Source of the DNA: the human T2T-CHM13v2.0 reference genome, Homo sapiens
Direction: 5' to 3' (one strand)
NCBI RefSeq assembly: GCF_009914755.1
Contig: NC_060926.1
DNA length: 64,000 nucleotides
Shown: in pieces, positions 48,201 through 62,194 of the stretch
Position numbering within the stretch: position 1 is the first letter of the stretch
Layout of the letters: the number at the start of each line of letters is the position of its first letter
Notes under the pieces: model-generated
The model's input: only the letters and a program-made list of their open reading frames with translations
What the model was told of the DNA's origin: nothing
Databases searched by the model: none
Program-made: the position numbers and the translations under genes

Positions 48201-50269
48201 TGTGGAATACATGGGCAGAAAGAAAAGAGCACTGGAATAGAATAGGCACTGGAAGACGGGGTTCCCCTGGAGACACCACATCAGCCCCGATGTTGGGCTT
48301 TATCTCCAGGGACTGAGCCCGTGGGGATGCCTGAGCCCCTAGCTAGAGGGGGGCAGGTGAGAAAGACACTACTGCAGTGAGAAGGTCCCCGCCGGACATT
48401 TGCCCTGGACAGAGTCAAGGAGGCACCAGGCCTCTTGCAACTTAGGTTGGTTGAACTTGGTTCTAGACACCCGCCATATGTCAAGATGTGGCAACCCTGG
48501 GAAGTGGGCAGAAGGTGGTACAGGCCAGCCTGGCCTTCGGAGAGCTCTGTCATGTCTGGGCTGTGCACATTGGAGTCCCCATAAGAGGGAGTGTAGTGAG
48601 GACTAGAGCTGGTGGGCACAGTGGGAGAAGAGAGGACCCTTCCTCTGTAGTCGCTGGTACCCCGTTACCCAAGTCTGGTCACCCGAGAGGGCCAAACAGA
48701 GGAGAGCCAGGCTGAGGGCCCAGGCCTCTTCGCCACTCCGTCTTCTCAAACCACCTTCTCCCACCCCACCCCTGCCACCCCCAGTCCCCTCCACCCTGCC
48801 GGCTCCCCTCGTCCCCACGCTGCCACTGACACAATGCACAGCGCCCACGCTTAAAAATCTAAATGCTTTTGAAAATGTTTAACCTAGTTAGACAAATTAG
48901 CAAAAATTTGTGCAAAACAATTTAGGTATTTAAAATATTCAATGTTTTTAAAAAACTGGAAAACTGTTCTTAGCTTTCAGCTGCAAAAACCAACAAAATA
49001 TAACATCCCAGCAATCTTACCATGAGGTGTAACATAACCCTTCGGGAAAGCTGTTAAACAGCTACTGAGGCATCCTGGGAAATAGCACTTCATTTATTCA
49101 AATGCACATATGTCAGGCTTTTGCACCATATGTCATTCCAAGCTATTTACAGTAATAATTAAATCTTAATCAACGTTTAACCTCTGTAAAATGTTTGAAG
49201 AATCCTAATCACCCTTCAGACTGCACTAATGAAGGAGAAATATATAAACATAAAAGGAAAATGATGCATAGATATCACGCTGGAAAGAACAGTAATTGCA
49301 AAATTGTATTTCTTTTAAATATAATCAGTAAATGATGTAAAGTAAGCCAAGGAGTATTTTAAGTTAAGACATCTTGGATGTCAGAGGTGTGAGCAGCTAA
49401 TTTTGTTCTGCTACCCATAACAGATGTAGCATATTTTATTTTAGTGCCATTATTAGCAACTTCCCATGCCGGCTTTCACTGAAGCACTGAGGCCCACATT
49501 AAAATCAGAGAGGCTGCTCAGCACCACCATGCAGGACCACGGCCCAGGGCCACGGCCCACTGTGCCCACTCCCTAGAGCATGCTGGCCCGGGGGAGACCG
49601 AGGCCTCCTCCTCCTGGCACCCCGTCTCCCATGGGCTCCCCGCCACACACAGGGCAGCAGGTAGGAGCAGGGGGAGATGCAGGCAGTGGGAAGGCTCCTG
49701 GGGGAGGTGGCTGAGGGATCAGGAGCAGGGGCCCCAGGACAGAGCTGACATCCTAGGCTTCCTCTCTCAAGTCAATCCACCCTCCTGTCAGCAGATGTTG
49801 ATGGTCACCAACTCCAGACACCCAGGCTGGGCACACAGAGGGGGACAAGACCAACTCATGCCCTCTAGAAGCTTAAAGTCTAGAGAGGAGTTGGCTGGTG
49901 AATGCAGATGGAGTCCAGAGAGACAAGCAGAGTGCCATGGCAACTGGGGAGGGGTTGGGAGTTCCAATGTATTGATAAGGGAACAAGGAATGAAGACTTC
50001 TCAGAGGTGGTGAGCCAGGAAGAGAATGGAGGATTTTGATCAGAAAGGGCAGGCCAAGCTTGCTGGGTGAAGAAAAAAATATTAGCTGGCTAGCATGGCC
50101 TGTTTCTGGGAGGCGGGGCAATGTTGGACTTGGAAATGTGGCAGGAAATGGAGGTGTGGCTGGGACAGGCAGAATCTTGTAGGCTACATGAAGGTGTCAG
50201 CATTTTACCTGAGGGCAATAGGGAGCCACAGAAGGACTTTGAGCAGGAGTGGACCATAACCCAGCCTCT

Positions 50270-50553
50270 GTTTTTATTTTTTTCTTGGGATAGGATCTCG
50301 CTCTGTCACCCAGGCTGGAGTGCAGTAGTGTGACTGCAGCTCACTGCAGCCTCAAACTCTTGCCTCAGCCTCCTGAGTAGCTAGGACTACAGGCACATGC
50401 CACCATGCCTGGCTAATTTTTAAATTATTTTAAAAATTTTTACAGAGACAGGGTCTCGCTATGTTGTCCAGGCTGATCTTGAATTCTTGGCCTCAAGTGA
50501 TCCTCCACCTTCCAAAGTGTTGGGATTACAGGCATGAGCCACCGTGCCTGGCC
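50270..50553 (-). mobile_element. Alu SINE (AluJ-like) within antisense L2 remnants
   Basis: TCTCGCTCTGTCACCCAGGCTGGAGTGCAGT...GGGATTACAGGCATGAGCCACCGTGCCTGGCC. Confidence 0.92.
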
Positions 50554-53500
50554 TTAGACTGTCTTAGAAAGGTCTCTCTTGGGATGGTGGGTGTGGAGGA
50601 TGGACTGGAGGGGTAAGGAGGGGGTGGGGAGGCCTCCTGGGGAGCATCTGTGGGAATCAGAGAAGTGCCAGGTCCTGCCCTATGATGCTGCCAGTGGGGG
50701 AAGACAGGAGGAGCCTTTCTGAAGATGAAATCCACAGGAGTTGATGACCAATTCCACGTGGGGGTGAGAGGGAGGTGTTGAGGATGACTGTGCGTTGGAT
50801 GACTCCTAATTCTAGCTCAGGAGCTGGGGTGGCTGGTGACGCCATTCTCGGAGGGAATATGGGAGGGGATGGGCCAGGGTTGGGGGTGGTAGGCTCAGGA
50901 TGGCCACATGGAGTCTGGGGTGCCAGTGGGTTCCCCAGGTGGACAGGCCTGGGAGGCAGATGGGTCCAGGGCTCTGGAGCTCTGGGCAGGAGAAAGCGCC
51001 CGGGATGTGTGAGCATAGCCAGATCCTTCAGAGTGGAGGAGCTCGCCCAGGGAAGCAGATGGAGGGGTGGGTGCCAAGGCCTGGGGAACAGGCACATTTG
51101 AAGGGCAAGCGGAGGGAACAAGCCTGTGATGGTGGCCTTGGGGGACCAGCCCGAGGAGCGAACGTAATGACAGAGGGTGCCACAAACACTGAGCAGCCAT
51201 GAGCGTCAGAGAGAGTTTTCTGAGAGTTGTCCCAGTGAGGGCTGAGAGGCTTTGGTCTTGGCAACTGGATTTCAGTGACTGCCTGGGGTCCACATTGTCC
51301 GACCCCCACCTCATGCTGATCCTGGTTCATAGCCTCTCACTCTATCCCAGGCCAACTTAACTGGTCATTTGTTAGGACCCCTCCAGCTCTCTGGCCATGG
51401 CCAGGTGTTGGGTCAGTGGCCACCATCTCTAGGTCTCATGGGTATTGGGACCACTGGGGTACTCCCTGCTGGGCTTGGCTAGGGGAGGCTGGGGCAGGAA
51501 CCCCTGAGTTGCCTGCTCACCTATATGTGATGTTTCCTCCCCTGTCCACCAAAAACTAAGCATCTCCCTTGAAGACCACCTCTCTGAGGTAAGTGTGGGG
51601 CCAAGTTTTCTCCAAGGGAACCACATCTAGGGCCTTGCCTGGCAGTGGCCTCTGGACCCATGGATAAGTGAAAGTGACTCAGGTCTGAGCAAAGGCAATA
51701 AAGCATCTCTTCCTGCTGCCCAACCAACTCCACCCCGCAGAAGGCCAGAGCCCCAGGGCAGTGGGTCGAGGGGCAGGGACTTGGCTGTGACCACAGACTG
51801 GCTCTGAGGGGCCTTCTCCGGGGATAAGGGGATGAGGAGAGAGGACAAGGAGTGGCCATAGGGAGAAGGGGTGGCCCAGGCCCAGGCAGCCAGCTCGGGG
51901 CGGGCTGGAATCCGTGGGCCCATCATCTCTTCCATCTGGTAGGCTCCTCCCCGGGCACCCAAGAGCCAGTCAACAGGGGCTCCCGAGGGAGGGGGTGTCT
52001 GGGATGGAAAGCCAAAGCCCTGGAGGGCAGGGGCTGCAGGGACCAGGGAGCACTGCCTGATGGTCGCCCCCGCCACAGAAGTGGGCTGCCAGGATCACCC
52101 TGCCCTGCCATGAAGGAAGCAGTGCCGCCCTGCTAGCGCTCCCTGACTCCCAGGCAGAACCTGCACACCAGCTCCCAGCCAGCCTCCTCGGGATGTGCCC
52201 CTCTCCGTATCAGAGTGCCACCCCATCTTCCCAACCCCGCTCAGACCTTGCTGCCCCTCCAGGAGATATCCCCAGACATGGAGCATCCTATCCAGCGTCT
52301 CCCCAGCCTCCCGGGCACCCTAAGGCCCAGCTAGAATAGCCAAGCACCTTCCCTTGTGGTGTGGGAAGGGTTAACCTTGAGCTATTTGTCTCTGTCTCCT
52401 GCCTCACTGTGGGTGGGGGGCTAGAGTCAGGAATGCATTTGGGGCCACCTCTGCCTCTACAGCCTGGGAGCACACACACACCTGCAGCCAGGCCAGCAGA
52501 TAGTTTACATATTTGAACCTGGAGCTAAGGTGCGGAGACATAAACAGGAAACTGGATCCCCTGCCTGTGCCCCATTCTTGGGGGCTTTTACCTACTACAA
52601 AGAACTTCCTCCTGCTGGCCTTTCTTCTGATGGCTTTTCTGCCTCCTTTTCAAAGGCATGGGGCTGGGGGGGTGGGGTGTTCGGTGTGACCCTGTGACAT
52701 AGCTCAAAGCCACCACCTGCTCCTGGGCAGAGGTCTGGGCTTCTGAGGGTCTGCAGAAGGTGGCGACATTGACGCAGGGCCCAAAGCCCAAGCAGGCACC
52801 TGGCTGACCCTGTGTGCCTGAGGCCTCTGCCAGGCCTGGGACCGCTTTGTCCACTGGGCACAACATCCCATCCTTTCTCACCAGGGCTGGGCAGGCCCCA
52901 TGTCCTGTTCCGACACACACACATCCAGGCCCCACCTTTGGGAGAGCTATCTTGAGTGTCTTTGGAGAGCAGAGGCATTAGGCTGGGGCTGGGGAGCAGT
53001 TGAGGCCTAAGCCTAGACCCCTGGACCCCTGAGTTAGGCCTCTGGTGCTGGCTCTGGGCTCCCACTACCTTCTCAGTGAAAGAACCCTCAGCTGGACACT
53101 CCAGGCCTTCTGGGACTTTTTCCAGCTTCTTCACCCATCAACTGCTGTCCATTTTCTGTACATTCTAAGTATACGCTTTGAGTCCTAAGTCCAGGCTATA
53201 TCCTGACCCTCTAAGGCTGCCTCCTCCAGGAAGCCTCCCTTGATATTCTTAGACCAAATCCATTGCTGCTGCCTCTGTGTCCCCAGCACATGCTTTTATC
53301 TCCATCCCATCCCCAGGCACAGGCTCATTTGCACTCTAAACAGGGGTGACTACAGTAGTCCCCTGCCCCACCCCACTGTGAGCCGCTCCAGGCAGCTCGG
53401 TATCCCTATGCCTTGTGCACAGTAGGTCCTCAGTAACAGCTGAGTTAAGTGACACTGAAGTGCCTCGTGGGCAAGAATCCTGTCTTACACTTTTCCGGCT

Positions 53501-56119
53501 CCCCTGTGCTATGTGTTCCCAGCAAGTGCTCAGACCACACCCCGCCCCCTACCATTTTGGAGCTTTGCACCATTCCTGGGTGCCCTCTGGTGGACCAATC
53601 TCAGAATCATTCTCTGTCCTCTGTCTTCTAAGCTTTGAGGCCTCAGTTTCCCCACATGTATGATGGGAAGATTTTCTAAGATCTCCTGGTGCCACGAGGA
53701 TTATATCACAAAATGGATAGGATGGCCCTTTGGAGGCTTAGAAAACCTGCGTGATGCTGTGTAAAGAGGACAGCACCCAGGGTCCCCACACTCAGCCCCA
53801 GCCCCACTCACTAAGCTCACAGGGCTGAGCCTTGCTGCAGGCCAGGCATGTTCCACTTTGCATGTATTAATGCCTTTAATGGAAGCTCTGCACAACCAAG
53901 CCTTCTCCCTCCCTATCCTGGATTCAGCTAGGTGTCCTGGAAGGTCCTGGAAAAAAGAACTGTGGGGGAAAGGCTGTCAGGCAGCCCCGCCGAGGCCTGC
54001 CACCCGGGCATGTGTACATGTTCTTGCGTGCACGTGTATGTGTGCGAGCCTGTGTGCACGCGCAGGTTTGGGGTGGGGGTGTGGGGAACAGGCAAAATGA
54101 CAGGTGGCGTTGGCGTTCCTGGGCTCTGAGCGGCTTTGCCATTCCCATCCATCCCTCCTGGGGGGTCCTGTGGGCAAACTCCAAGAAAGCAGCGGGCGGG
54201 GAGGCAGCAGATTTCTGACGGCAAAAATAGCCCACTTTAGAGTTCAGTAGGGACTGATTAAACCAGTAAATGAGAAAAACCCCAAACAAACATCTCCAAG
54301 CAAAGTAGGAGATGGATTTGAGACTGGAGGGAAGGAGGCCCCTGCTCTGGGAGACGCTGAATGCTGCTGTAGACTCAGGAGGGATGCAATGTGCCCTAGA
54401 CATTGTCTCTGGCCTCGCATCAACCCTGGAAGAGTGGGAGAAGCAGGGACCAACAAAGTCAAGGTGAACCCAGATGAGCCACGCTCTGTACTAGGTGTTG
54501 ATAAAGGGCACCAGTTCTCTGCCACAGGGACACCTTGTGTCATGGAAGGGAGAAAGGTCTACTGTCCTAAGGGGGAAGATGGAACACAGAAAACACACCA
54601 CCAGAGCCTACACAGGTGAGGTGAGACAGATCTTAGTGGGGAAGATCAGGGAGGACTTCCTGGAGGAGGAGCCATTTCTAGACCAGCTTGAATGTGGACT
54701 CACATTCCAGCTTATTCCCAGCTCTTCTCCATTCTTGGTTGGGGGTCCCAATACTTTCTCAAAGAAAGATAAGCTGGGGGGACTTTGCTTCTGGTGGCTC
54801 ACAGCTGTTTAGCCAGGCTGGTTCATCAAAACCACCATTTTCATCAGGGCTGGTAAGAGGGTAGAGATAGTGGAGGTTCTGGTACCCACTGAGGGTACCC
54901 ACATTTTTGCCCATACAGGGAGGGTATGCCTCTCTGTTTCTTAACCCTGAAAGCTGTAAGTGGGGAGGCAGGAAGGAGTATGGGGTGGCTGAGGTTGGCC
55001 TTCCTGCCTCGTCTACCACATGGGTGTGGCCTGTAAGAGCCACCCTCTGAGGCCAGGACGAGACAAGGCTCATAACGGGCTGAGGACATCGGGGGAAGGC
55101 TTTAGACTTCCTCAGAACATGGCTTCTAATCCCCAGAACCCTCTAGAGCTGAGGTGAGTAGGGGCTCAGCTGAGAGGGAGGGACATGGGGAGTTCCCAGG
55201 GCTGACATGGGAGGCTCAGGGCAGGAAGCCCTGGCCCTGGGAGACTCTTAGGCTGTCTTTTCTTCTAGTTGAGGTGCTTGGCAAAAGCTAGAAGGGGCAG
55301 GAACAGGTGGTGGGGGTACCGGGGGAGGTCAGTTCTCTGCTGAGGCTTCAGGGAAGGCAGACGGCAGATGCCAACAAACCAACAAGACAGCCAGGAGGGA
55401 ACAGGCCCACAGGAAACAAGCCTCCTGGCCAGTGAACCTCACTCCTGCCCCCAGGGGCCCCTGCAACAGCTGAGGCAGGGAAGAGACACACGCTCATAGC
55501 CGCCAGCCCCTACAAGGGCGCCCCAGGGCCCTCTCCCCTGCCCGCAGCCCCAGCCAGGAAGCACACTACCCAATCTCTCATCCCCACCCCAGCCCCCACA
55601 GCTGCAGGGAGGACAAAGGAGCCAGTGAGGGTCTAGGGGCCATAAGACACGTTCCCAGGAAGGCTAAGGCCCTGCCCACTTGCCGTGCCCAGACATGGCT
55701 CCCAGAGGGTGGCTCCCAGAGGGCACACCCTTGCTGCAGGCCGGGCACCTGAGGGGCAGCATGTAACTCAAGTGGACTCACTCAGTCCACTGTCTAGCAC
55801 CAGGGCCCTGTCTTGAGTTTTCACTTCCCTAATCCTACTGGGAGAAACTTGGTTCTTACAGGAAGAAACTTAGTTCCAACACCTCATCTTCCAGCTGGGG
55901 AAACTGAGGTCTTTGAGGTTAAGACCCAAGGTCATATGGAGAGTTGAGGTAGAGGGATGCCAGCCAGAGGGGCAGAGGGCAGGCCTTGGGGCCACGGGAC
56001 AGCCCCTCCACCCCAACATCACCTAGGGATGGGTTCGAGCTCCCGGCTGCCCCCCTGCTCCCCGTACCTCACTCATCCACAGACAAGCCCCACCTTCTGT
56101 GGACACATTTCAACCTCAC

Positions 56120-56345
56120 CAAATCAGCTAATTATTGACAGTTGGTGAAGAGGAGATTTCACTTTTTCCTCCTGTTAAACTGCTCCTAATTAGTTCCCTG
56201 TCACCACGGCTGGCTCGCTCGCCCGCCCGCCGCCCGCCCGTTCACGCAGTAATCCCGCTGCACAGTGCCTCATTAACCTTTTGCTCCTCTCCTGCCGCCT
56301 GCCAACAAGATGAAGACAAAAACAGATTGTTGAACAATGGCTCCG
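56120..56345. promoter_or_regulatory. Candidate developmental enhancer in the SFXN5 intron
   Basis: TAATTA 56129-56134, TGACAG 56136-56141, CTAATTAG 56186-56193, CTGTCA 56198-56203, TAATCC 56250-56255, CATTAA 56271-56276, and palindromic ATTGTT-G-AACAAT 56326-56338. Confidence 0.55.
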
Positions 56346-59300
56346 GCTTGTATGTGCAGCCCCGTTCCCCAGCCCCCGAGCTCCCAGGGGAAGAGTGAGG
56401 AAAAGAGAGGGGACTGCGGTGGGGGAGAGCCCGAGAGGAATCAAGGAAGGGAGAAAGAGGCACAAAGAAAGATTGAAGCAGAAACAGAGGCAGGGATGTG
56501 GGGAGGGGCCTTGGCCAAGGTACTGCTTCTTGCTCCAGAGAGACATGAGGTTCATTAAACAGGATTGGAAGTGCTCCCAGGTAGGGAACACCGGCTGTCA
56601 GAGTTAGAGGGACATTTGCCACCACCCACTACAGCCTCTTGTGGTAGCCAAGCCCGTGTTCCTGGACACTGGACCCTGCACATCTCCCTCAGGGAACCTG
56701 AGGCCCCAGTGTATGTCTGTGTTGCAGTGGGGAGGACACAGAGGACCCCATTTGCCTGGAATCCAGAGCCCCAATCACCAAAGGGGGCAAGGCCAGAAAG
56801 GCCACCACAATCTGGCCCTACCACAAGGGAGGCACCCAGCACCAGCCCCACCTATAGCGGCCCCGGCAAGCTGCCGCGCAGCCTCTGCTTTAGGTCCATC
56901 ATGACCTGTGCTGTCACCTGACAGTTCTTGTTTATTGAGTTTTGTCTCCACCACCAGCGGGGAGATTCACTGAGACCACAGGGGTCCTACGTGGCCATCC
57001 TGGTAACAAGAAAAATGGGAAAGTGCCCAGGCTCCATGGGGCAGAGAGCAGATTCTGGGTGTGATGGGCCCATCCATGTTTGGGGACAGGCTGGTGGGGC
57101 AGGCCTACAGCAGTAACCTCCAGATCCACCAGATCCGCCAGGGCAGACCCTGTACTCCCTGCATGGGCAAGAGGACTGGGGTCCAGAAGGGAGCCCAGGA
57201 CCTGTTCCCCAGTTCTCACGACATGAGGTTCCCTGCCCTACCTGTTGGCCCTTTAGCCTCCCTCCAGCCCCTCCACTGCCCAGCCCCTTCCTCAGCTCTG
57301 GGTTGGAAAAGACATAAACACTGATTCCAAAAGGTCCCTGTGAAAACGCAGATTTCCTGTGGAGGGGAGGAGGGCTGGGTGAGGGCACTGGGATGTTCCT
57401 GCTGATAAATTAGTAGCAAGCAATTTGGAGCCCAGAAGTGGGCCTCCTCTTTCTATAGTGAGGTGTGGGTGGGCTGGGGAGGGTCACAGAATTCTTCTGC
57501 CTGGGTACAAAGCCTGCTCCATCGTCAACAACTTTGGATCTTGGACAACGTACTTAACCTTAATGTGCCTCAGTTTCCTCATTGGTAAACAAGGAATATT
57601 GATACCTACCTTGGAGAATTCTCAGGATCCAGGCCCCCATTTCTCCACCACAGCCAGGTAGCCCCCTCTACTCACTGGACCCAGGGACTCCATAGAGGCC
57701 ATGCCTTCCCGCCTTGGGCTCTGGGCATTCCTTCCCCATCATTGCCCTCTCTCCAAGCCCCCCAACCTCCATCTCACAGTTTCTTTGCTGTTCTCCCACA
57801 GTTCCCCATCTTTGAGCTCAATCATCTGAACAAAGAAGAAACTGAATACCATGTTGCCTCCTAGACTGCCATGTCTAGCTATGCCACCTAAGTCTCCTCC
57901 ACTCCTAGTCCCCTCTGCACTCACCCACTCTGGAGACAGCCCCTCCTCTTTGAATCGCCCAAGTCCTCAGCTTCCATGAAGTTACTCCATCTGGGTTCTC
58001 CCTGTGCCCTTGGCTGCTTCTTCCCCTTCTTGATGGTTTTTCTTCCTCCTATAGTGGACCACATCCCCTTTCTCAGCTTCAACTCCCCCCCATACACTGA
58101 AGGTTCCGTATCTCCAGCCAAACTCTCTCCCCAGAGCCATCTGACTGTCTAGGAATCATCTCTTGATGTTCAATGTTTTAGACTTAAGGGGCATTAGGAA
58201 GACTTAATACAGTAAGGTACACCGAGCTCCCAGCATGCTGCCTGGTCCAATAGATATCTGGCAAATGGTAGCCATTATTATTATTTGCAGTTTGACCCTC
58301 AGTACCATTTTAATAAGCAGAACTACTAATTTGAAAAGAGCAGATAAAACTCTCCCCCAGGAACTGAAGGAAGGATTGAAGTCCTTGCCTCAATCTCTGG
58401 GGTTAGTGAGTTGGAAACTCCACAACAATCACTGCAGGCCAGCCACTCTAGGAACTAGTTCCTAAATTCTACCTCCGAGTCCCCTGATTAGTTAATTGGT
58501 GTTCCAGTGATTACTTCTGTTGACAACCTTGGTGGCTTTTGGCAAGGCTGGGTCAGCCCAAGCAAGTCCAGACTTATTGTGGCAAATCCCACTGGCTTCT
58601 GGGATGTGAGACATGATCCCTGTATGGCAGAAGAAGCACCTTGTTAGGGAGAATTAATTGGGAGAGTGAATGCGGAAACAAGGCCCTCTCGGCAAGTTGG
58701 CTGAAGGCTTTGGTGCCATGGGTCCCAAACAGGGCTCAAAACACCCCATAATGCCCAGGCTAGCCTGCATCTTGTTGGGATCCACATAGCTGAGGAGGGA
58801 GCTCTGAAAATCATGCCTGTACCCTCCCTTCCCAGAGGAACAAAGACTTAACATGCAATGACTATCTTCTTCCCAATCTAGAGAAAGAGGCTTGGATTGC
58901 AATAAGAGGGACTTTGGTTAAATATGCAGAAGAACTAACTCCCATGTCTATTTGAAGTAGGCATGTGGGGAGAGGGGAGCCTGGGCTTTGACCTGCAGCA
59001 GCTGTGAGACCAGGGTGGCTCACTTTCCATCATTGCTTTGCAGCCAGAGCTGGAGGCCTGGGTGGGTGAATGGTAGGCATCTCCCCATTATATGCCCCAG
59101 AGGAACACCTGCCAAAGACCTACAGCTCTTCTAGACCGTTTCCTACCACCCACCACAGTGCAGCCCCCAGCTCCCTCTTCTCTTGGCTGTCCCAAGGTAG
59201 GTAAGGTGGTTGACTAGGGAGAGAAACTCAGCCACAGGAAATGATCAGGTGTAGCACTTCCTAGGGGCCTGGACTTGGAGTGTGGACCTCTGGTGTTTCC

Positions 59301-60479
59301 TCTCCTATCGGCACCTGACTTCTGCAACCTTGGGCTGGTCCCATGGCTTTTCTGGGCCACCATTTCCCCAGCAAAGTCAGTAGCAAGGTAAACTGGATGA
59401 CCTTGAAAATCCTTCTAACTGGGAGGGTCTCTGATTCTGCATCAGTATTTTCTTTGCCCTGGGTCCCTTCTCTGTGCAGGCAGGTGGAGTTATGACAGCT
59501 ACTAGAAGCACAGAGGTACCTATAAACACATGGGTGACTCTGGCCCTGGCCTAGGACCCTGGGCTCAGGCTGATTGCACAGACAGATGCAATGGCTTCAG
59601 GGAGTGCTGGGCTGGGACAGGGATGTCAGAGACCACTGAGAAATACCCGCCCTTCCCTCTTCAGGGCTACTAGGCAACCCAGAGCCCATGGCTCCATTTG
59701 GAGTCCCAGGCTGCAGGTTTCCCAGGGTGAGAGGTGGGGGAAGGAGCATCCCAGCACCCATGACAAGGCTGGCCGCTGTGGGCATGAGATGAGGTCCTGC
59801 TAGCTTTAATCTTGGTGTGCGTTGAATGGTGTCCCCCAAGACAGGAGCCCCACTCCCACAGAGTCTCCTCCTCAAACTCTGGGGCTCTGGAAGGAAGCCA
59901 CCCCATTTCTCACCTTCCAGGGCCTAAGGCGGGTCACCCCCTCCTCCTGCTCTAAGAGCCTGGGTCTCCAGCCCTCGCAGCCCCAACAGCCCCGGCCTCT
60001 TGTTTTCACTTCCCCGACTTGTCTCCAGGAGCCCTCACCTCTCCTCCACCTCTCTTGGGGCCCTGCCTGAAGCAGGTCCATGGTGAAATCACAGATTCAG
60101 AAGCGCCGCTTTCTGGCCACAGCCCTCGCCTTCTTGTGAGCTCAATGCAGACACCTCCTGGGCCCTCTTGGGTCTGTGCCTTCCCCTCAGCTTAGCTCCC
60201 ACCTTCACTCCAACCCAGCGTGGATCCCGTGGTCCTCTGCTCCTCCGTGCTGTCACCCATCTCTCAGCCCCCCTCACCCCCAACCTGACAAAACCCCAGA
60301 AGAAAGGATCTGTGGCCCTCCCTGTACTGGCCCATAGCACCTCCTGGTGAACAGGCCCGGCTGCACTCCCAGACCACGTGCTGCTCAGCCTCCTCACCTC
60401 TCATTCTCCCCTGGATGTCTCACCCCTTCTCTGTGTCCTCAGACCTCTGACTTCCTGCCCCTTCCCCACCCTACTCTCT

Positions 60480-62025
60480 CCTGTCTGCTCAGTCACAAGA
60501 ACACAGGAGCCATTGGAACAACTTCTTCAATTTTCCTACCCCTGAACCCTACCCCCAGCAGCATTTTCCTCCCACCCCACTCCTCTTCCACCTACTGAAG
60601 TGGGGAGGGGTCTCCCCGTGCCAAGGCTGATCCCCTCGTCTGTGCTCTGGTCCCCCCTCCTCTTCATAGACTTTCCCAAAATCGTCCTGTCAGCGTCCTC
60701 GACATCTCTCCTGGTGCCTTCTCTACTGCATTTACGCAAGCCCCTGTCTCTCCCATTTAAAACAAGGACAAATACATAAATAAAAGCCCCTCCTGATCCC
60801 ACATCTTGTTGCGGCTGTGGACCTGTCTTTCTCATTTTTTCCCCTCACCTGTCACCTGGATCCCTTCTCTGGGGACAGGGTTTGGCTACGTTGCCTGAGA
60901 CACTAATGGATACTCTGTAATCTCATGGAGTGTGACCTCTCAGGAGGGTCTGACCCTGTGGATGCCCCCCACCCACCCTGATCACACATGGCCCGGATCT
61001 GCCCTCACCACCCTGGCTGCTTGTCTTTGGACCCCGCCAGGGTGGAGGCCTCACCCACCACCCTCGATTCCAGCACTGTTGTCATGCTGGTAGGCTCTAC
61101 TTCTATCCCTCCAGCCCAGGCGTCTCTCCTCATTCCAGACCCAGAGCCAACATCCCACAGGCTCCTCAACCCCGCGTGTCCATCCAACTGACCCACTGCC
61201 CTCCCTCGAACCTGCCCCCGCCTGGCTCCATCTCATTAAGCACCTACATCTGCCTGGTTGTTCAAAACCAGAAAGCCAGTGCACATCCTCTGGCTCCCGT
61301 TCCCTCCCACCACATACAGCTCTTCATCGAATCCCGAAGAAGCCGCCTCCTGACTCCCTCTTTAGGGACCCACTTCTCTCCATGCCCACTGCCAACAGCC
61401 TGGTCCAAGCCGCCATCACCGCTTGCTGGATGCCCGCCACAGGCTCCTGATGGTTCCTTCTCTGGAGCTCTAACCCAGCCCCACGCGGCAGCACAGGGGC
61501 CGCTCAGAATCAGGCATCTGTGGTCTGCCCTGCACAGCCCTTAGGAGGACATTCACCCTCTCTGTTCTGGCTTCCAAGTTCCCAACACCACCCAGCCCAG
61601 CCCCTCATTCCCAGGCCACATCACCTTGCTGCACTCCCTGGTTGCGCTGCAGACTTTGGTCAGCTCTTGGACATGGCGTGTGCTGCCTCACCTCTCAGAA
61701 CCTTCACACCAGGTGTCCGCGGACCTCACATCTCCCCCCGCCACCCCTTTTCATCTGGCCAACTCCAGCCACGCTCCCAGTCCCAGTGAAATGTCACTTC
61801 CCTCTAGGCTCAGTTTGGTCTGCTGTCTCCTTCCACACCCAGTGGAGCTTCTCCCACCCTAACGCTCCTGGCTCCTCATCTGCTGGCCTCTGTTTAATCA
61901 CCCTGTTGACTGCGTGACCCTCACTCTGAGGGCCAGAGCCTGGGCCAGCCTCATTCACGGTTCCAGCCCCAGCGCCTAGCATGGCGCTAAGGAGTCGGCA
62001 CGGTATGAGTATTTGTTCAGAAATC
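60480..62025 (+). mobile_element. L2 LINE remnants
   Basis: Long C/T-rich L2-like stretch ending CCAGCGCCTAGCATGGCG...GAGTATTTGTTCAGAAAT, which resembles an L2 3' end. Confidence 0.55.
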
Positions 62026-62076
62026 ACCAAACAGCACCCCCTGCCCTGCCCTGCCCTTGAGCCCCTCCCCACTGAC

Positions 62077-62194
62077 CTCTGACATTTGCGGGAAGAGGCT
62101 GATGGCCAGCGGCAGGGCCAGGCCGAAGGCTGCCAGGCACACGAGGCTTTGCACAGGGAGGAGCAGCCGGGGGCGTGCCTGCAGGAGAGCCGTC
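62077..62194 (-). CDS. SFXN5: Sideroflexin-5, penultimate coding exon
   Basis: Acceptor CTCTCTCCCTCACAG|G and donor GAG|GTCAGT. The 118 nt encode (x)[39 protein letters not shown], a TM segment plus the sideroflexin LFPQ motif. Splices in phase 0 to the final exon across a ~16 kb intron. Confidence 0.95.
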
